A stretch of DNA of 64,000 nucleotides from Azolla caroliniana. Lineage: Eukaryota; Plantae; Polypodiophyta. Numbering within the stretch: the first letter of the stretch is position 1; every line of letters begins with the position of its first letter. Location: assembly GCA_043228905.1 (NCBI GenBank), contig JBHGNT010000003.1, forward strand, positions 3,844,001 through 3,908,000, in the 5' to 3' direction. Of this stretch, positions 14,390-27,484 are shown one piece after another. The notes under the pieces are model-generated. The model made no database searches and was not told where the DNA came from. It saw nothing but the letters and a program-made list of their open reading frames with translations. The position numbers were made by a program, and so were the translations under genes.

Positions 14390-15432
14390 ACGGAGGTGAG
14401 GGTGATTCCACGTTGGTTTTCCACCGAGTGAGGCAATGTTTCCTACTTGTAATACAATTGGATTTGCATTGATAACGCCCCGAGTAGTGAAGTCACCAAC
14501 CTTGATTTGTTCTTGTCATGTCCATTGGTTGTAAGGATGATGACATGTGGGAGTTACTTCTTGCATCAAATCTCAACTAAAAATTGTGTTGGTTCCTTTA
14601 CAACAAGGTATCATTTTTGGAACTTTCTTATAAGGATATCCAAAGAATGGAAGATTGGAACAAGAAAGTGCATTCACCATCGCAACAATAGCAGAACAAC
14701 TTAATTTCGCTAAGAGGTAAACTTTAATTGCAGAACTGTATAATTGAGGAGACAATAGTTGTACCTACGTCCTTGTTTGATGGTAGTAGGTGCTCCTGAG
14801 ATCTATTACCTCCTCTACTATCATATCTTCCCCATAGAGAGATAGTTCTTTTAGCTATGGCTAGTGCCACAAGAAACTAATGCTCCTTGTCCAATGAATG
14901 ATAAGGCTATATGCAGTCCTTGGAGAGAGGTTGCAAGCGGTGATTGTGAGGGATGAAAGTCTACCAATTTCGCAACAAACTCGGAAGGTTTGTGAGGGAG
15001 GTGAAGCCTATCTCTCTTGCACCCATACATGGTGGCAGGGGGTGGCAAGGGTAGTCTTTCTTGAACCAAACAAAATGCAGTTCAAGTGTTAGTGTGTTTC
15101 TCCTCATCAATCGGATTTTCAATATTTGAGAGTGTGTGGTCATGTTTTACCTACAAACGGATCTCCACAGATGAACAATTGGATGGAAGTTGCCGAAACT
15201 CGTTTCAGATCTGATCCCAACATGAAATTGCATTGGTTCCTCCACAATTGCATTGGATTCGTCCTACGAAGAGAACTTGGAATTTGAAAGAAAGGAAGGC
15301 CAGATCGAGAAAGTGCCACTGTAGCAGTAGCAAATCGGCTTAAATTGTCATCAACAAAACCTAATTCAAGGCTGTATAATTGAGGAGGAGATGAAGGGGT
15401 GCTGTCAGTTGTCTCGGCCCCCTTCTTTGGAA
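14390..15432 (-). pseudogene. Scrambled remnants of TORNADO1-like Roco genes (copies R1/R2): LRR end, P-loop and intron, then a second LRR piece and a C-terminal piece
   Basis: 15432-15151 translates PKKGAETTDSTPSSPPQLYSLELG..SRSGLPFFQI..QLWRNQCNFMLGSDLKRVSATSIQLFICGDPFV followed by GT, and its acceptor is mutated (AG>AA at ~15061). 14700-15006 encodes SEFVAKLVDFHPSQSPLATSLQGLH..LKELSLYG with stops. ~14400-14470 encodes LPHSVENQRGITLT. Confidence 0.8.
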
Positions 15433-15683
15433 GGAGTTTTCTTTGTATATAACAATATCATCTATAAATTTGTATAACTAACGGAAGGAGTTTTCTTTTG
15501 GGAAAAAACTAATATGTCATTTGATAGACAAATTCTAAAATTGAAAAGCTCTCTATATTGTTATTGTTATTGTTATGCATTTCATCACTGTAAAAAGAAC
15601 ACAAAGATACTAACTCACAAAGATAATGAAATGTTTTTAAAGCCAAAGCACAAACAAGATATGTAGCTATTTGTAGGATAGTG

Positions 15684-15878
15684 TAAACTTATATATTATG
15701 GTGTAAACGTACATATGTAAGTTTATACAATTATATTTAATGACCATATTTTTTTACTAACCTAAATTTTTTAATAAATGATAGTAGTAACTTTACATAT
15801 TATGGTGTAAAATTACATATGTAAGTTTACACAATTATATTTACTACCCATATTTTTTTACTAACCTAATTTTTTTAG
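15684..15878. repeat. Two-copy ~104 bp AT-rich tandem repeat
   Basis: TATTATGGTGTAAA..TACATATGTAAGTTTA.ACAATTATATTTA...CCATATTTTTTTACTAACCTAA occurs twice. Confidence 0.7.
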
Positions 15879-16037
15879 GCATGAGTCATGACCTTGATTA
15901 GTATTGCTTAAAAATCATGACATATATTCTTAGTTGCAAAAGTTCATCTAAATTCAACAAAGGAATCTTCAAAGTTTACATTAAATATGGAATATAAGCT
16001 TTTCTATTTAAACCCACCTAGTAAAATATTATTGATC

Positions 16038-19000
16038 CTAGTGGCAAGAACCTTTTTCCTTCACAATGTGTCTTGCATAACATGCAACGTGAGCACTCCC
16101 CTCACCTTCATCATAGATGATACGTTGGAGGTGGAACTTCTTTGCTATGTTTTGGTTCGTCAAACCTCCATTTTCTTTTAATATAGATGCCAAGCACTTT
16201 TGCCACTCTTTGGAAGCACACTCTAGTTTACTTAGAAATATATCCTTTTTTGATTTAAAATGACTTTGTACCATAGGATATTGTTTCGTTAGTTTGAGGT
16301 GGGGTGTCCAATCAGGAATCAAGGAGCTTCCAAGAGGTACCATAGAGGAAATACCAAGTCTAGCAGCTATAGTCAAAACATGAAATAGACCATTAATATA
16401 TGGTAGAGCTTTTTCTAAACACTCTGAATGAGACTTTGACAAAGAGGTGAGGGTGATACCAGGTTGGTTTTCCACAGGGTGTGGCAATTTTTTATCCTCA
16501 CAATATAATTGGATTCTCACAAAATTTTCTCCCAAAAGTTGAGGCACCAATCTCAAAAGCTCCTCAACCATTGATTTCCTATAGTTAATTGTAAGGAGGG
16601 CAACACGAGGGAGTTGCTTCTCGGCCTCATTCTCTAGTGAAATTTTCAATAGCTTATTTATAGAGTTCTCAATCTTGCCAATAACATTATTCCTCATATC
16701 TTGAAGTTCGTTATGCATTTCACCTAGCTCCTTGATCATTTGATCCATCTTATCGTGTAACTTGAGGACTTCATTGTGAGTTGCATCCATTTTATGATGT
16801 AAACTTAAAAGTAACTTTACCATAACCTTACTAGATTGTACCTCTCTTGCCTCTTCTAAACTTAATTGATCTTCTTGAATGTGGCCATTTTCCAAGCCAG
16901 TTGTAATCACATTTTCATGACTTCGATATTTCCTAGATTCATCGATAATTTCATCATTCTCAAACAATGCAGCCCTCACCTCCACCTCAAACCATTCCTT
17001 ATATGATTTGAGAACCTCCCCATAATACTATGACCCCATGAGATCAATTAAATTATTTGATAGAGGATTCGGCATAGCTGTAGTCCGTTTCCAATCATAT
17101 GATTCTTTCTCGCCTTGCTCAAGCTTTTTTCTTAGTTGTTTCTTCAAGTAAGTTAATTTCACACATTGATGTTCTCTACCTTGCACCATTGATGGATAGA
17201 GTAAGCAATCAGGATGGAGGACGCTCTCAATCAACGTAACCCCTTGGACACCAGAGGGTTGTGCACATATTGTAGTCAAGTTGTTGATGATACAATTTTC
17301 CACAAAAGCTAAAGTACTTAGCATGTCTTGCTGAATATTATTTTGAGCCCGAACTAGCACATCTATCACATGGTTTGATTTTGCTTGGCAGAATATGATG
17401 ATGATCTCGCTCTTTGGAAAGCAAATGGATATGAAATTTTTACCAAGTGTGGTGGAAGCATTATCATCCTTAGATTGGAAAGCATTGCTAAATAATGCTT
17501 GAATTCTTGGAAACAAGCCTGGTGTAAGAAATGTGAGGTTTTTGTACCGACACTCTAACCTTCTGCCCATATACACAAACGTAACATTATCATTGATTTG
17601 AGTCCATTGGAGTTGTTCTACATCCACCTCTGGCAATATGGTTGGGATAAAGATGAGCTCTGCATATCTTTTGGGGACTTTGCAGCATAGGTGCATGGCT
17701 TCCATTAAGTCTACTAGTAATGAGCCCTTCACATTACATTTGGCAATGGATTCAAACTCCTGCTCTAGGAAATGTCGAGGTATGCATCCTTTTTCAAATC
17801 TAACGATATCCTTTGATGCTCCAGATGTTGGGAACCCAATGAGGCTTCCTATAATTTGATTGCAAAACCAATTGGGATCGAGAACGACATGTTTGAATCC
17901 ACTTACGTAGATGATGTTACCGGACTCATTCAAGGACATGGCGATTGCATTTAATTTAGCTTTGTCATCATTATTGCAGATTTTGCTGAAATCCTCCCAT
18001 GTAATGATTCGTTCATTTGTGATCTTCAAATAATTCGAGAGGTTTTTGCTTACTCGCGTGCAGATGTAGTAGAGCTCAATACCTTGGAGCACATCTTTGG
18101 CAATGTCAAAAATATGCTCTCCTATAGGTTTGACGGAATCCTTGTTTCTTGCATCCACATCAAAAGGAGAGTCGACAATGTCAATCACCTTTTTGAATTC
18201 TGATCGAAGCGAATTGATCGAATCTGAGAGAGAGCTTGAGACCGACTTCATCTGGTCTGCTCTTGTGAATACCAGGATTACTTTGAGAGGAATGATGGAT
18301 TGAGGGCTTTTGGAGGCGAGGAATCTGAGCCAGAACCTGAAGCTTGCGATGAAGTCTGTCTCTTTTTTCCTTTCTCCTCTTTTGTTACTTTGGCTATCCA
18401 TGGGACTCCACGCGAACAAGAACATGGACGGGAACTGATAAGAGCTGGTTCCTATGTCAGGGAACATGCAGTCGTGGAATGCGTGGAACTCTTGTTGGCC
18501 TGCCATGTCCCACAATGACACTCGGATTCCATCCTTTTTGATGGCTTGCACCTCGATTCCTTTTGTACGTTCTCCAGTAAACAGGGCTCTCAACCTATCC
18601 CTCTTCCTCCCATACATGGAACGCATAGTGCATACAAGGGTAGTCTTTCCTGCTCCAAACAAAATGCAGTTCAAATGTCTAACTTAGTGTGTGTTTATCT
18701 TTATAATCAATCTAGCTTGTTTGATATTCAGTATTTTGGAGAGTGTGGTCATTCATATCTTGCCTGCCAATGGATCCCCGCAGATGAACAATCGGATGGA
18801 CGTAGCAGGCACTCGCTTCAACTCTGACCCCAGCATGAAATTGCGCTGGTTCCTCCACAGTTGCGCCGCAATTGCAGGGTCCATTCTACAAGACGGGCAT
18901 CGAATTTCAAAGAAAGGAAGGCCGGAGCGAGCAAGTGCATCCACCACCGCAGCAGTAGCGGATCGGCTTAAATCACTATCCCCTGCTACTTGAAGGCTGT

Positions 19001-19873
19001 ATAATTGAGGAGGAGATGAAGCTGTCTCCGCCCCCTTCTTTGGGGGTGCTAGGTGATCCATGAAATCCATTAGCTCCTCCTCTGTCATTTCACCCAATAG
19101 AGAGAGCTCTTTGAGTAGTGGCCAGTGGTGCAGGAAACCAGTGCTCCTTCGCCAGTCAATGGGTTCGCCGTGTATGTGCAGTCGGTGGAGAGAGGCCGCG
19201 AGGGGTGAATGTGATGGATGAAGGTCCGCCAATTTCACCACAAACTCTCCGGAAGGTACGTCCACGTAGAAAAGGTGGAGGGATGTGAGGGAGGTGAAGT
19301 CGCATAACACCTCTAGGCACTCATCGCCAATTTCCATCATCTGAAGGGAGAGATGTTTGAGGCGTTTGTTATTTCTTGAGGGTATTCAGAAGACCAGGAG
19401 CATCCCTGAATTTAATTCCATCGACGAGGAGGCTGCTGGGGCCCGCATGACGATCTGCAGCGAGAGAGAGAGAGCCTCCACCAAAACCCTCTCTTCCTCT
19501 TCTGTGAGATTCCTTACGTTAATGAGATGGACCGCTCCGCCGGTGAGATTGGCGGCAGCCGTGAGGATGGCCATCCGTTGTTGTTTAGTAATGGTGGCAT
19601 CTCTGAAATCGAACATCATGTCTCTGCTCCCCCATTCCCAAGCTCCACGTTCTAACTGTTCTTCGTCACGACCATATGACGGATAACATATAGACCCTTC
19701 ATTGACTATGAAAAGGTTCTCAACATTGTTGACTAGGAAGAGCTTCTTAATTAGCAGATCATCAGAATCAGCAGAGCTGCTCTCGATTTCTCGACTGCTT
19801 CTCTGACCTCATCAGAATTCCAGTTCGTTACATTGTATTGATGAGGGGGTGGGAGGAGGTGAGGCTTCTCCAT
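16038..19873 (-). pseudogene. TORNADO1-like LRR-Roc-COR gene, copy A (full length but disabled); exon 1 19873-18764, GC-AG intron 18763-18650, exon 2 from 18649
   Basis: Starts MEKPHLLPPPH like copy B. Roc motifs GDPLAG/KTT, RTKGIEV, WDMAGQQEFH, FTRAD and DAR; COR VLDPNWFC. Lesions relative to B: frameshifting deletion ~19775 (stop after ~40 aa), (CT)n slippage ~19465, +1 nt ~19370, in-frame TAG at 17028-17030, and -1 frameshift in the terminal VAWLC motif (~16080). Confidence 0.9.
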
Positions 19874-20349
19874 GGAAATGAGGAATGTATGGAGGGAATG
19901 AATGAAAAAGAAAGAAAGAGTTTGACAATGAGTGAAGAAGAGAAAGAAGGGAATGAATGTGAAGGAAACTTAAGGATGAGACTCTTAAGTTTAAGGATGT
20001 TAAGTGAATATGTATGTCATGTGCTAATAAATGAAAGTGCTAACTGATTATATTGTTATATTGTTATATTGATTTGAAGTTACAACATTGTGGCCTAGGA
20101 AGAGGACGTGACGTACTCTCTAAACCCTGAACCGCATGCATTAGATAATGTGTATGCTCATAACAGAAGCTTATCGCATTAAATGCTTTGTGAGAGGAAA
20201 ACATGAATTATTCCCTAAACTTTGAAACGTTGCTAATAGCCATCTACGTATTCATGCTCATAAGACAACCTCATTCTATGATTGGCTTCCATATAAGTGC
20301 CATGCACTTGAGATAGAGTTTAAAATCCCATCAAATAAAGCATATATGA

Positions 20350-20395
20350 TATACATATACATATATGTACATACATACATACATACATACATGCA

Positions 20396-20430
<35 letters not shown>
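20350..20430. repeat. (TACA)n/(TA)n microsatellite
   Basis: Directly visible; duplicated at ~53615-53697. Confidence 0.9.
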
Positions 20431-20433
<3 letters not shown>

Positions 20434-21849
20434 AGTAAGAGCACGTGTGTTGTAACTTGGTTAAACTTTGATCCTTCAAACGTAAGGACACAACGTAAGG
20501 ACACTTCGATGATTGTCATCTAAATCAATTTAAATAGAAAAGATTGAATATACACTAGGATAATTAAGTATGACGTTGGCCTAAGCAAAAGGTTTGAATT
20601 GAATGGGTTTAAGTTTTCGATGCTTATGCGGCATGCCCTGTATGAGATGAATAAAGCTAGATTTGACCACTAAACAAGGAACCTAATGATGAATTTTGAC
20701 GAAGCACATTCCACCATGGGTTGTGGAGCAACTATATTGATTTGGATCGATATCGACGTGATGTCATAATTATTCAATGTCATGATCTTGGTCTAGGTCA
20801 TGTGGTTTTTGAGCGTTATAGTTCAACATTGGGTCTATGCAAGCTCCCTAATGTTTCCACTTCAGTTACAATATTGGAGTGATGAAAAAGTCAAAGAATG
20901 GGGAGTGCATTGGGCAATTTGCGAAAAGAAAGATATAAATATATCAATACCATTATTAATAATAAGTTGAATGGTCACCAAAACTATTGACTTATTACTT
21001 TGGAATTTCCCATCCTAATATATTAAAAATACCTCCATTATATGTATGTCAAGATCTACCTAGATGTCCTAGATATCAAGGTTTCTTTCTTACAAGAGGG
21101 GTAAATTGTAATTCATATTCATGAAGAGGAACTTTAGATATAAGGACTTCAACATTCATCTAGAGACTAGTACCATTATATGGCTCAACATCCATCAAGG
21201 TGGTCATACATACATAGTATCATTATATGTTAGAATTCAAGTTTGTCACCTTCTGCATCTTACAATTGTTAGGGATCATAATCAAAATAGACTCATCATA
21301 ACTAGTCGAAGATGGTCTCATTAAGCTTCACTAGTTTAATGTGGCACTTGCACATGTTCAAAAGGGTGTGCGAGCACTTAGATCGCTAATGTCTATTTAG
21401 TGTCATGATCTCTATAACAGATATAAATATATTTAGAGATGTGCCCAAAACAAATGAATCAGGACATGGATTATTATAGCAAAAGAAAATGAGATGTTGG
21501 CTATGATGTGAGATTGAGAGTTTGAGTAGAACTGCTATCGATTTCTCATACTCTTCGTTCTGATCTCATCACATTCCCACTTTATGAAGATGATGCGGTG
21601 ACATGGAAGGAAAGGATGAATGAATTAAAAGAAAATGTTAATGTGAAATTGTATTGCCAATCTCTCAAATGAGACATTGGCTGGTTGGCGTAATCAAATA
21701 CAAAGGGTAAGATTTCAGCACACAGAGAATACCTGTGTAATCTATGCAATACATGAGCACTCTTGTTCGGGAGAAGGCCAAGGCTAAGGAACAACTATAG
21801 ATAGTCCAAGAATAGCTTTATATCTCATAAGGAACATTTCTCCATAGTT

Positions 21850-22115
21850 CGGTCTCCGGTTAGGTACTAGCTACGTAAATCTAGATTTACTTTTCCCATG
21901 ACTTTACAATATATGTATTGCCTGAGATACTGTCATTCATTGGCCATGGAATATTGTATCCCAGGATCTTACAATATATTCATAACCTGAGATACTATCA
22001 TTTGTCAGCCACGGAATACCATTGGTGTATCTACTTCAGGGTCATCAAAACCTTGCACACCATTGCTTGGAAATATCAAGCTAGCACGAGAATCCACCAT
22101 AAACATCATTTCTTT
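21850..22115 (-). mobile_element. Possible highly degraded retroelement aspartic protease remnant
   Basis: Minus strand reads MMFMVDSRAS (~22080-22110), resembling the VDSGAS protease motif, with a downstream MAN-like segment. Many stops; weak evidence. Confidence 0.25.
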
Positions 22116-22627
22116 TCCATTCACCTTTGCTAGGGCATGCAGTACATTGTCAAATAGGAATATCAGACACATGCTTCAACATTAAAAACATCAATGAAAT
22201 CATGAACATTGAATCAATCAAACTTGGACAAAACCAGACATTTTAGCTTCGTCACCACTGCCATTGGTTTATGTTTGGTGTGGTCATATATCGAAAATGT
22301 ATGGTCTTTCAGATGAGGTGGCCATTGAAAAAATTTAAACGACATAATCCATCCAAATCCTTCAATAGATTGGCAATGTTAATCTTTCATAAATTTTCAA
22401 ATATTGAGGCTAACTAAATCTGTTGTTTCCATATGGCTTACAGAAGTTCAAGAATGCCTAACCCTGAACCCAGTCTTATATAGAAATCAAGAATCCCTAA
22501 ACCTTGTTTTACAGAAGTTCAAGAATGCCTAAACCATGTGTACAACCATGTGTACAACGGGATTGAAATCCTTATTTTCTACTAGATTCATGAAATCCCT
22601 AATGCATGTGTTTTTTTAAATGAACAC

Positions 22628-23315
22628 CCTCAACACATGGTCCTTTCTGTGAAGGACGCGTAAATAAGCCAAAGCCTGTTTTCTACAAGCCACACATGAA
22701 ATCCATGTTTTCCATAGCATCAATGATTACAAATGAAAACATAAATCAAGAAAAAGCATCCCAATTAGTTTTCATAGTATTCGTGAATTTAGCAAACACT
22801 TGACCCAAAATTGTTTTTATGGTATTCAACAGTACCCTAAACCTTAATTCCTACCAGATTAACGATTGACATAAAAAATAATGTGAGACTCAAAAATCAC
22901 TTTGGGAAGTTGACTATGTGTGTCTTAATTGAAGTTGTTTCTATGTCATCACTTAGACTTATTTCGCTATTCCTCAACACATGGTCCTTTCTGTGAAGGA
23001 CGCGTAAATAAGCCAAAGCCTGTTTTCTACAAGCCACACATGAAATCCATGTTTTCCATAGCATCAATGATTACAAATGAAAACATAAATCAAGAAAAAG
23101 CATCCCAATTAGTTTTCATAGTATTCGTGAATTTAGCAAACACTTGACCCAAAATTGTTTTTATGGTATTCAACAGTACCCTAAACCTTAATTCCTACCA
23201 GATTAACGATTGACATAAAAAATAATGTGAGACTCAAAAATCACTTTGGGAAGTTGACTATGTGTGTCTTAATTGAAGTTGTTTCTATGTCATCACTTAG
23301 ACTTATTTCGCTATT
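22628..23315. repeat. Perfect 344-bp tandem duplication (22628-22971, 22972-23315)
   Basis: CCTCAACACATGG...TTTCGCTATT occurs twice here but only once in the duplicated segment (~55894-56237). Confidence 0.95.
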
Positions 23316-25873
23316 GTAAAGACAAGATGGGAATATATGATTTGTGAATAGTCCATTGCCTAGGCATTGATATATAACAACACTTCCTTTTCACAAATGA
23401 AGCCTTCTTAGCAAATGGTGGTCATTACAATCTTTTCGATTCAGATGTTCTGGATCTTTTTAACACAACCCTTCTAGTTGGTGAATTTATATATATTTGA
23501 ATGGACAAGAATATGACAACGAGCACATGCATTGATTTATTTGATCCTGTTTAGCCTGCATACTGCAAGTGGTCTTTGTTTATAGGTTGGACTCATATAT
23601 TGTGCAAGATGATGCAAAATCTCTGTTGGTTTATATAGTAGAAGAATTTTACGATAAGTTGAATGATCATAACTCGAAATGTGTTTAAAAAGAGCTCCTA
23701 AGAGACCTTATGCCAATAGGGAGAAACTATAAGCTAAATGACTTTGGAAGGTTTTGCCTTAGTTTCACTACGGATTTGTTCCCCACAAATGTCAACTATT
23801 TGAAGTTTGAATGCCTTGAATGCCCTTAATCTCACTCAACGACTTGACAATTTGCATGACCACTATTATGATGGAGTTTAGGGTTGACCTCTCCTAGTTA
23901 GAAGAAACAACATTTATTTTTCCCCCATTCCCTTGATCTGGTTGAAGATTATGAGGAAGTTCACACGGCAACATCCTCTATGGTTTGTTGAAGTAACTAT
24001 GTTTTCTGCATTCCTTTCTCTTCTTGATATGTTCATTACTGTTTTTCACTATTTAAGAATTTAGAGTTATGTCCATAACATCTAATTCAATGGTCAAAGT
24101 CAATGCATTCTACAACGTAAAAATGAAGAACCGATATAAATGATATAAAAACTTGTTAGGGATGTAATATATCACATTAGGGATGAGATTTAAGAATTTG
24201 ATGCAATGTAACTTATGCAAGAATATGTAAGAATATGACGAGATGTAAGAATTAGCTTTTAATTATTTAAAATGTAGGAATAAATCCAATGGATTTATAA
24301 ATCTTTAAGATGCATGAGCTGTAATATACTCAACCAAACCAATTCTTGCATGAATTTCTCTCACAATCATAGTCTGTGGTCTCAATTGTTACATTTCTTA
24401 GTAAAGCTCTTGAACATTATGAGTTACTACTCACTTTCATATGTATTACACGATGTCACTTTTTCTTTATGGGTGTCCTAGTTCAAGGTAACTTCCAAAA
24501 ACGATAATAAAATACATCATCTTTCTCTCACTCACTTATAAAGAGATTCGTGTTCAGAGCTTCAATCCAAGGTTTCACTAATGTTCTAGTATGTGATTCT
24601 TAACTCTGGTGTTTATCACTAAACTTAATTTTTAGAACATTCTAAGCGATTCCTTGGATTGAAGATACTGGATACGGAGTGGTATGGCTATTCATTTCTC
24701 AATGCACAAAGTTTTAGATTTTTTGTGACGTCCAAGTGAATGTGTTCCACGACACAACTATGTCCCCAACATTTTTGCAGCACAAATGTCTGTCCTAAGT
24801 TTTGGCATAATATGTCTACATCTTTAACGAGTTATGTACACTTCTCAACATGCGTAAATTGTCCCTGGTTAGTTCTTTATTAACAAATATTATCAAAGGA
24901 TCAATGTACCAGATATTTCTTTGTTAATGTATAGTTGATTTATTTGGCTTTTGTTTAGCTAAATTTGGTCTTTCCAATTTAGAACATTTCTTATCTTTTG
25001 TGAGTCTAACACCTTTTTGCTAGGTTTTAGCCAAACTTCCTTTGTAAACTGTGCATGTTATTCACAACTTGTAAGGATATCAGCACAATTGAGTCTTAGC
25101 ATATGCTATTCAACATAGCTAAATCAATGAGTAAGCTTTCTCACTCTCTGCCATTTTAGCCTCTTTAAATGTCACATTAATGTAGCTTTCTTTCTAATGC
25201 AAGTTAATATTTCAACATTTGTTTTATTGTGGCCTTCCTTTCTTGTACTAAAGAAGTGTTTTTTGGTCCACTGCTGTTTTTCTGTTGATTTGAGTTTGTT
25301 TATTGATCAACTTCTATTTTCCAAATTGTTGTGAGGATATATTTATCAAAACATGAGTTTTCACTCTTTTTGGGTCTTCATAGTTCATCTTACCCTCAAT
25401 AGAGGTATAGACACGTAAGAGTGTAACACGCGTCACGTTTCACCAAGCTTCACCAAGCTTCTCCAAGCTTCACCAAGCTTCACTATGCTTCTCTATGCTT
25501 CACTATGCTTCACACTCCTCATCCTTTTGTTCTCACCTCTTCCCATATATATATATATATCTCCTTTCCACCCTCTCTTCTCTTTGTCTCTCTCAAAAAC
25601 AAAAACGGTCGTTTTGTTTTGTTTTCCTCTTTACTATTATTATTATTATTTTTCTTTTCTTTCTTTACTCACTAAAAAACGTAACTTACATTTACCCTTT
25701 TAAAGAAATAAAGTAAGGGTAATAATTACTAAAGAAACAAAACTTTCGTTTTGTTTTATATTACTATCTAATAATAATAATAAATATTATTAAAAAAAAG
25801 AAAAGACAAAATAGTGACCGGATACATTAACAATCCCCCCCTCCGGTCACATAAGGAGAGAATTGCTTGTTTA

Positions 25874-27409
25874 TCAATTTATCTCCATTCCGGCAAGCTT
25901 GGCACATAGCTCAAGCTTCTCCCTTGGAACCACCTTTGTTAGCATGTCAACAACGTTGTCATCAGTATGAACTTTATCTAGTTGCAACATTTGCTCCTCG
26001 ATCGCCAATCGTAACCAATGATACCTTACATCGATGTGTTTTGTCCGTGAGTGATACATTGAGTTCTTGCTTAGGTCCATTGCACTTTGACTGTCACAAA
26101 AAACCACATAAGTTAATTGGCTCAAACCCAATTCTAAAAGAAACCTTTTCATCCAAAGCATTTCTTTGCCAGCCTCAGTTGCTGCAATGTATTCAGCTTC
26201 TGTAGTGGACAAGGCAACACACTTTTGCAATTTGGATTGCCATGATATAGCTCCCCCTGCAAAAGTAAATAAGAAACCGGATGTAGATTTCCTACCATCA
26301 AGATCTCTAGCCATGTCCGCATCTGTAAAGCCTTCAAGAATTGGTTTAGAACCTCCAAAACAAATGCACAACTTAGATGTACCTCTCAAATACCGTAAAA
26401 TCCATTTTACGACATTCCAATGAGATTTACCAGGGTTAGAGAGATACCTACTCACTGTACCAACTACATGTGCAATATCTGGTCGTGTGCTAACCATAGC
26501 ATACATTAAAGATCCAACCGCCGAGGCATAGGGAATCGATGACATCTCATCTCTTTCCTCCTCGGTAATTGGACAACATTTCCTACTCAATTTAAAGTGA
26601 GTGGCAAGAGGAGTACTTACTGGTTTCGAATATTGCATGTTGAACCTTTCGAGGATTCTTTCTATGTACGTTTCTTGTGAAAGCCACAATTTCTTTGATT
26701 CTCTATCACGAGTTATTTGCATACCTAAAATGTGCTTAGAAGGCCCTAAATCTTTCATGTCAAAAGTTTTAGATAACTCCACTTTTAACCTATTAATCAT
26801 ATTTAGGTCTTGCCCAACAATTAGCATATCATCAACATACAAAAGAAGTATAATAAAATTACCATCCTCAAATTGTTTAACATACACACAATGGTCTGCA
26901 TTAGTTCTTTTATAACCTTGATTCACCATAAAAGAATCAAACTTTTTATACCATTGGCGCGGTGCTTGTTTTAGGCCATAGAGACTCTTTTTCAACCTAC
27001 ATACCAAATGTTCTTTCCCTTTCTCTTTAAAACCCTCCGGTTGTTCCATGTATATTTCCTCATCTAGGTCACCATGTAAAAAAGCAGTTTTCACATCTAA
27101 TTGTTCAAGTTCAAGGTTTAAACTAGCTACCAAACCTAACACAACTCGTATCGAGCTTAATTTCACAATTGGTGAGAAAATTTCGTCAAAATCAATTCCT
27201 TTCTTTTGACCATATCCTTTTACCACCAAACGAGCTTTATATTTTATAAAGTTATCATCACCCCTTTTTAACTTAAACACCCATTTATTTTTCAAAGCTC
27301 TCCTACCCTTAGGAAGTTCAACTAGCTCAAATGTGTTGTTCTTTTTCAAAGAATTAATTTCTTCATGCATGGCCTCTACCCAACTATCTTTGTCTTTAAG
27401 AGTTTGCAC
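25874..27409 (-). CDS. Copia reverse transcriptase-RNase H ORF (part of disrupted pol)
   Basis: WVFKLK, KARLVVKGYGQKKGIDFDEIFSP, YVDD, KSTSG, EAEY and KHIDVRYH motifs. Confidence 0.85.
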   Translation of the reverse strand: MQTLKDKDSWVEAMHEEINSLKKNNTFELVELPKGRRALKNKWVFKLKRGDDNFIKYKARLVVKGYGQKKGIDFDEIFSPIVKLSSIRVVLGLVASLNLELEQLDVKTAFLHGDLDEEIYMEQPEGFKEKGKEHLVCRLKKSLYGLKQAPRQWYKKFDSFMVNQGYKRTNADHCVYVKQFEDGNFIILLLYVDDMLIVGQDLNMINRLKVELSKTFDMKDLGPSKHILGMQITRDRESKKLWLSQETYIERILERFNMQYSKPVSTPLATHFKLSRKCCPITEEERDEMSSIPYASAVGSLMYAMVSTRPDIAHVVGTVSRYLSNPGKSHWNVVKWILRYLRGTSKLCICFGGSKPILEGFTDADMARDLDGRKSTSGFLFTFAGGAISWQSKLQKCVALSTTEAEYIAATEAGKEMLWMKRFLLELGLSQLTYVVFCDSQSAMDLSKNSMYHSRTKHIDVRYHWLRLAIEEQMLQLDKVHTDDNVVDMLTKVVPREKLELCAKLAGMEIN

Positions 27410-27484
27410 ATCATGAAAACTTTCCGGTTCACCTTCATTAGTGAGTAGAACATATTCAGAACTAGGATACCTCGTGGATGATCG

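Noticed and set aside
22628-23315. CRISPR-like or functional repeat array
   Set aside because: Only two perfect 344-bp units with no spacers, in a eukaryotic context; a simple tandem duplication.
25440-25515. Short TCACCAAGCT/TCACTATGCT tandem array as an independent element
   Set aside because: Lies inside the Copia 3' LTR; ordinary LTR-internal repeats.
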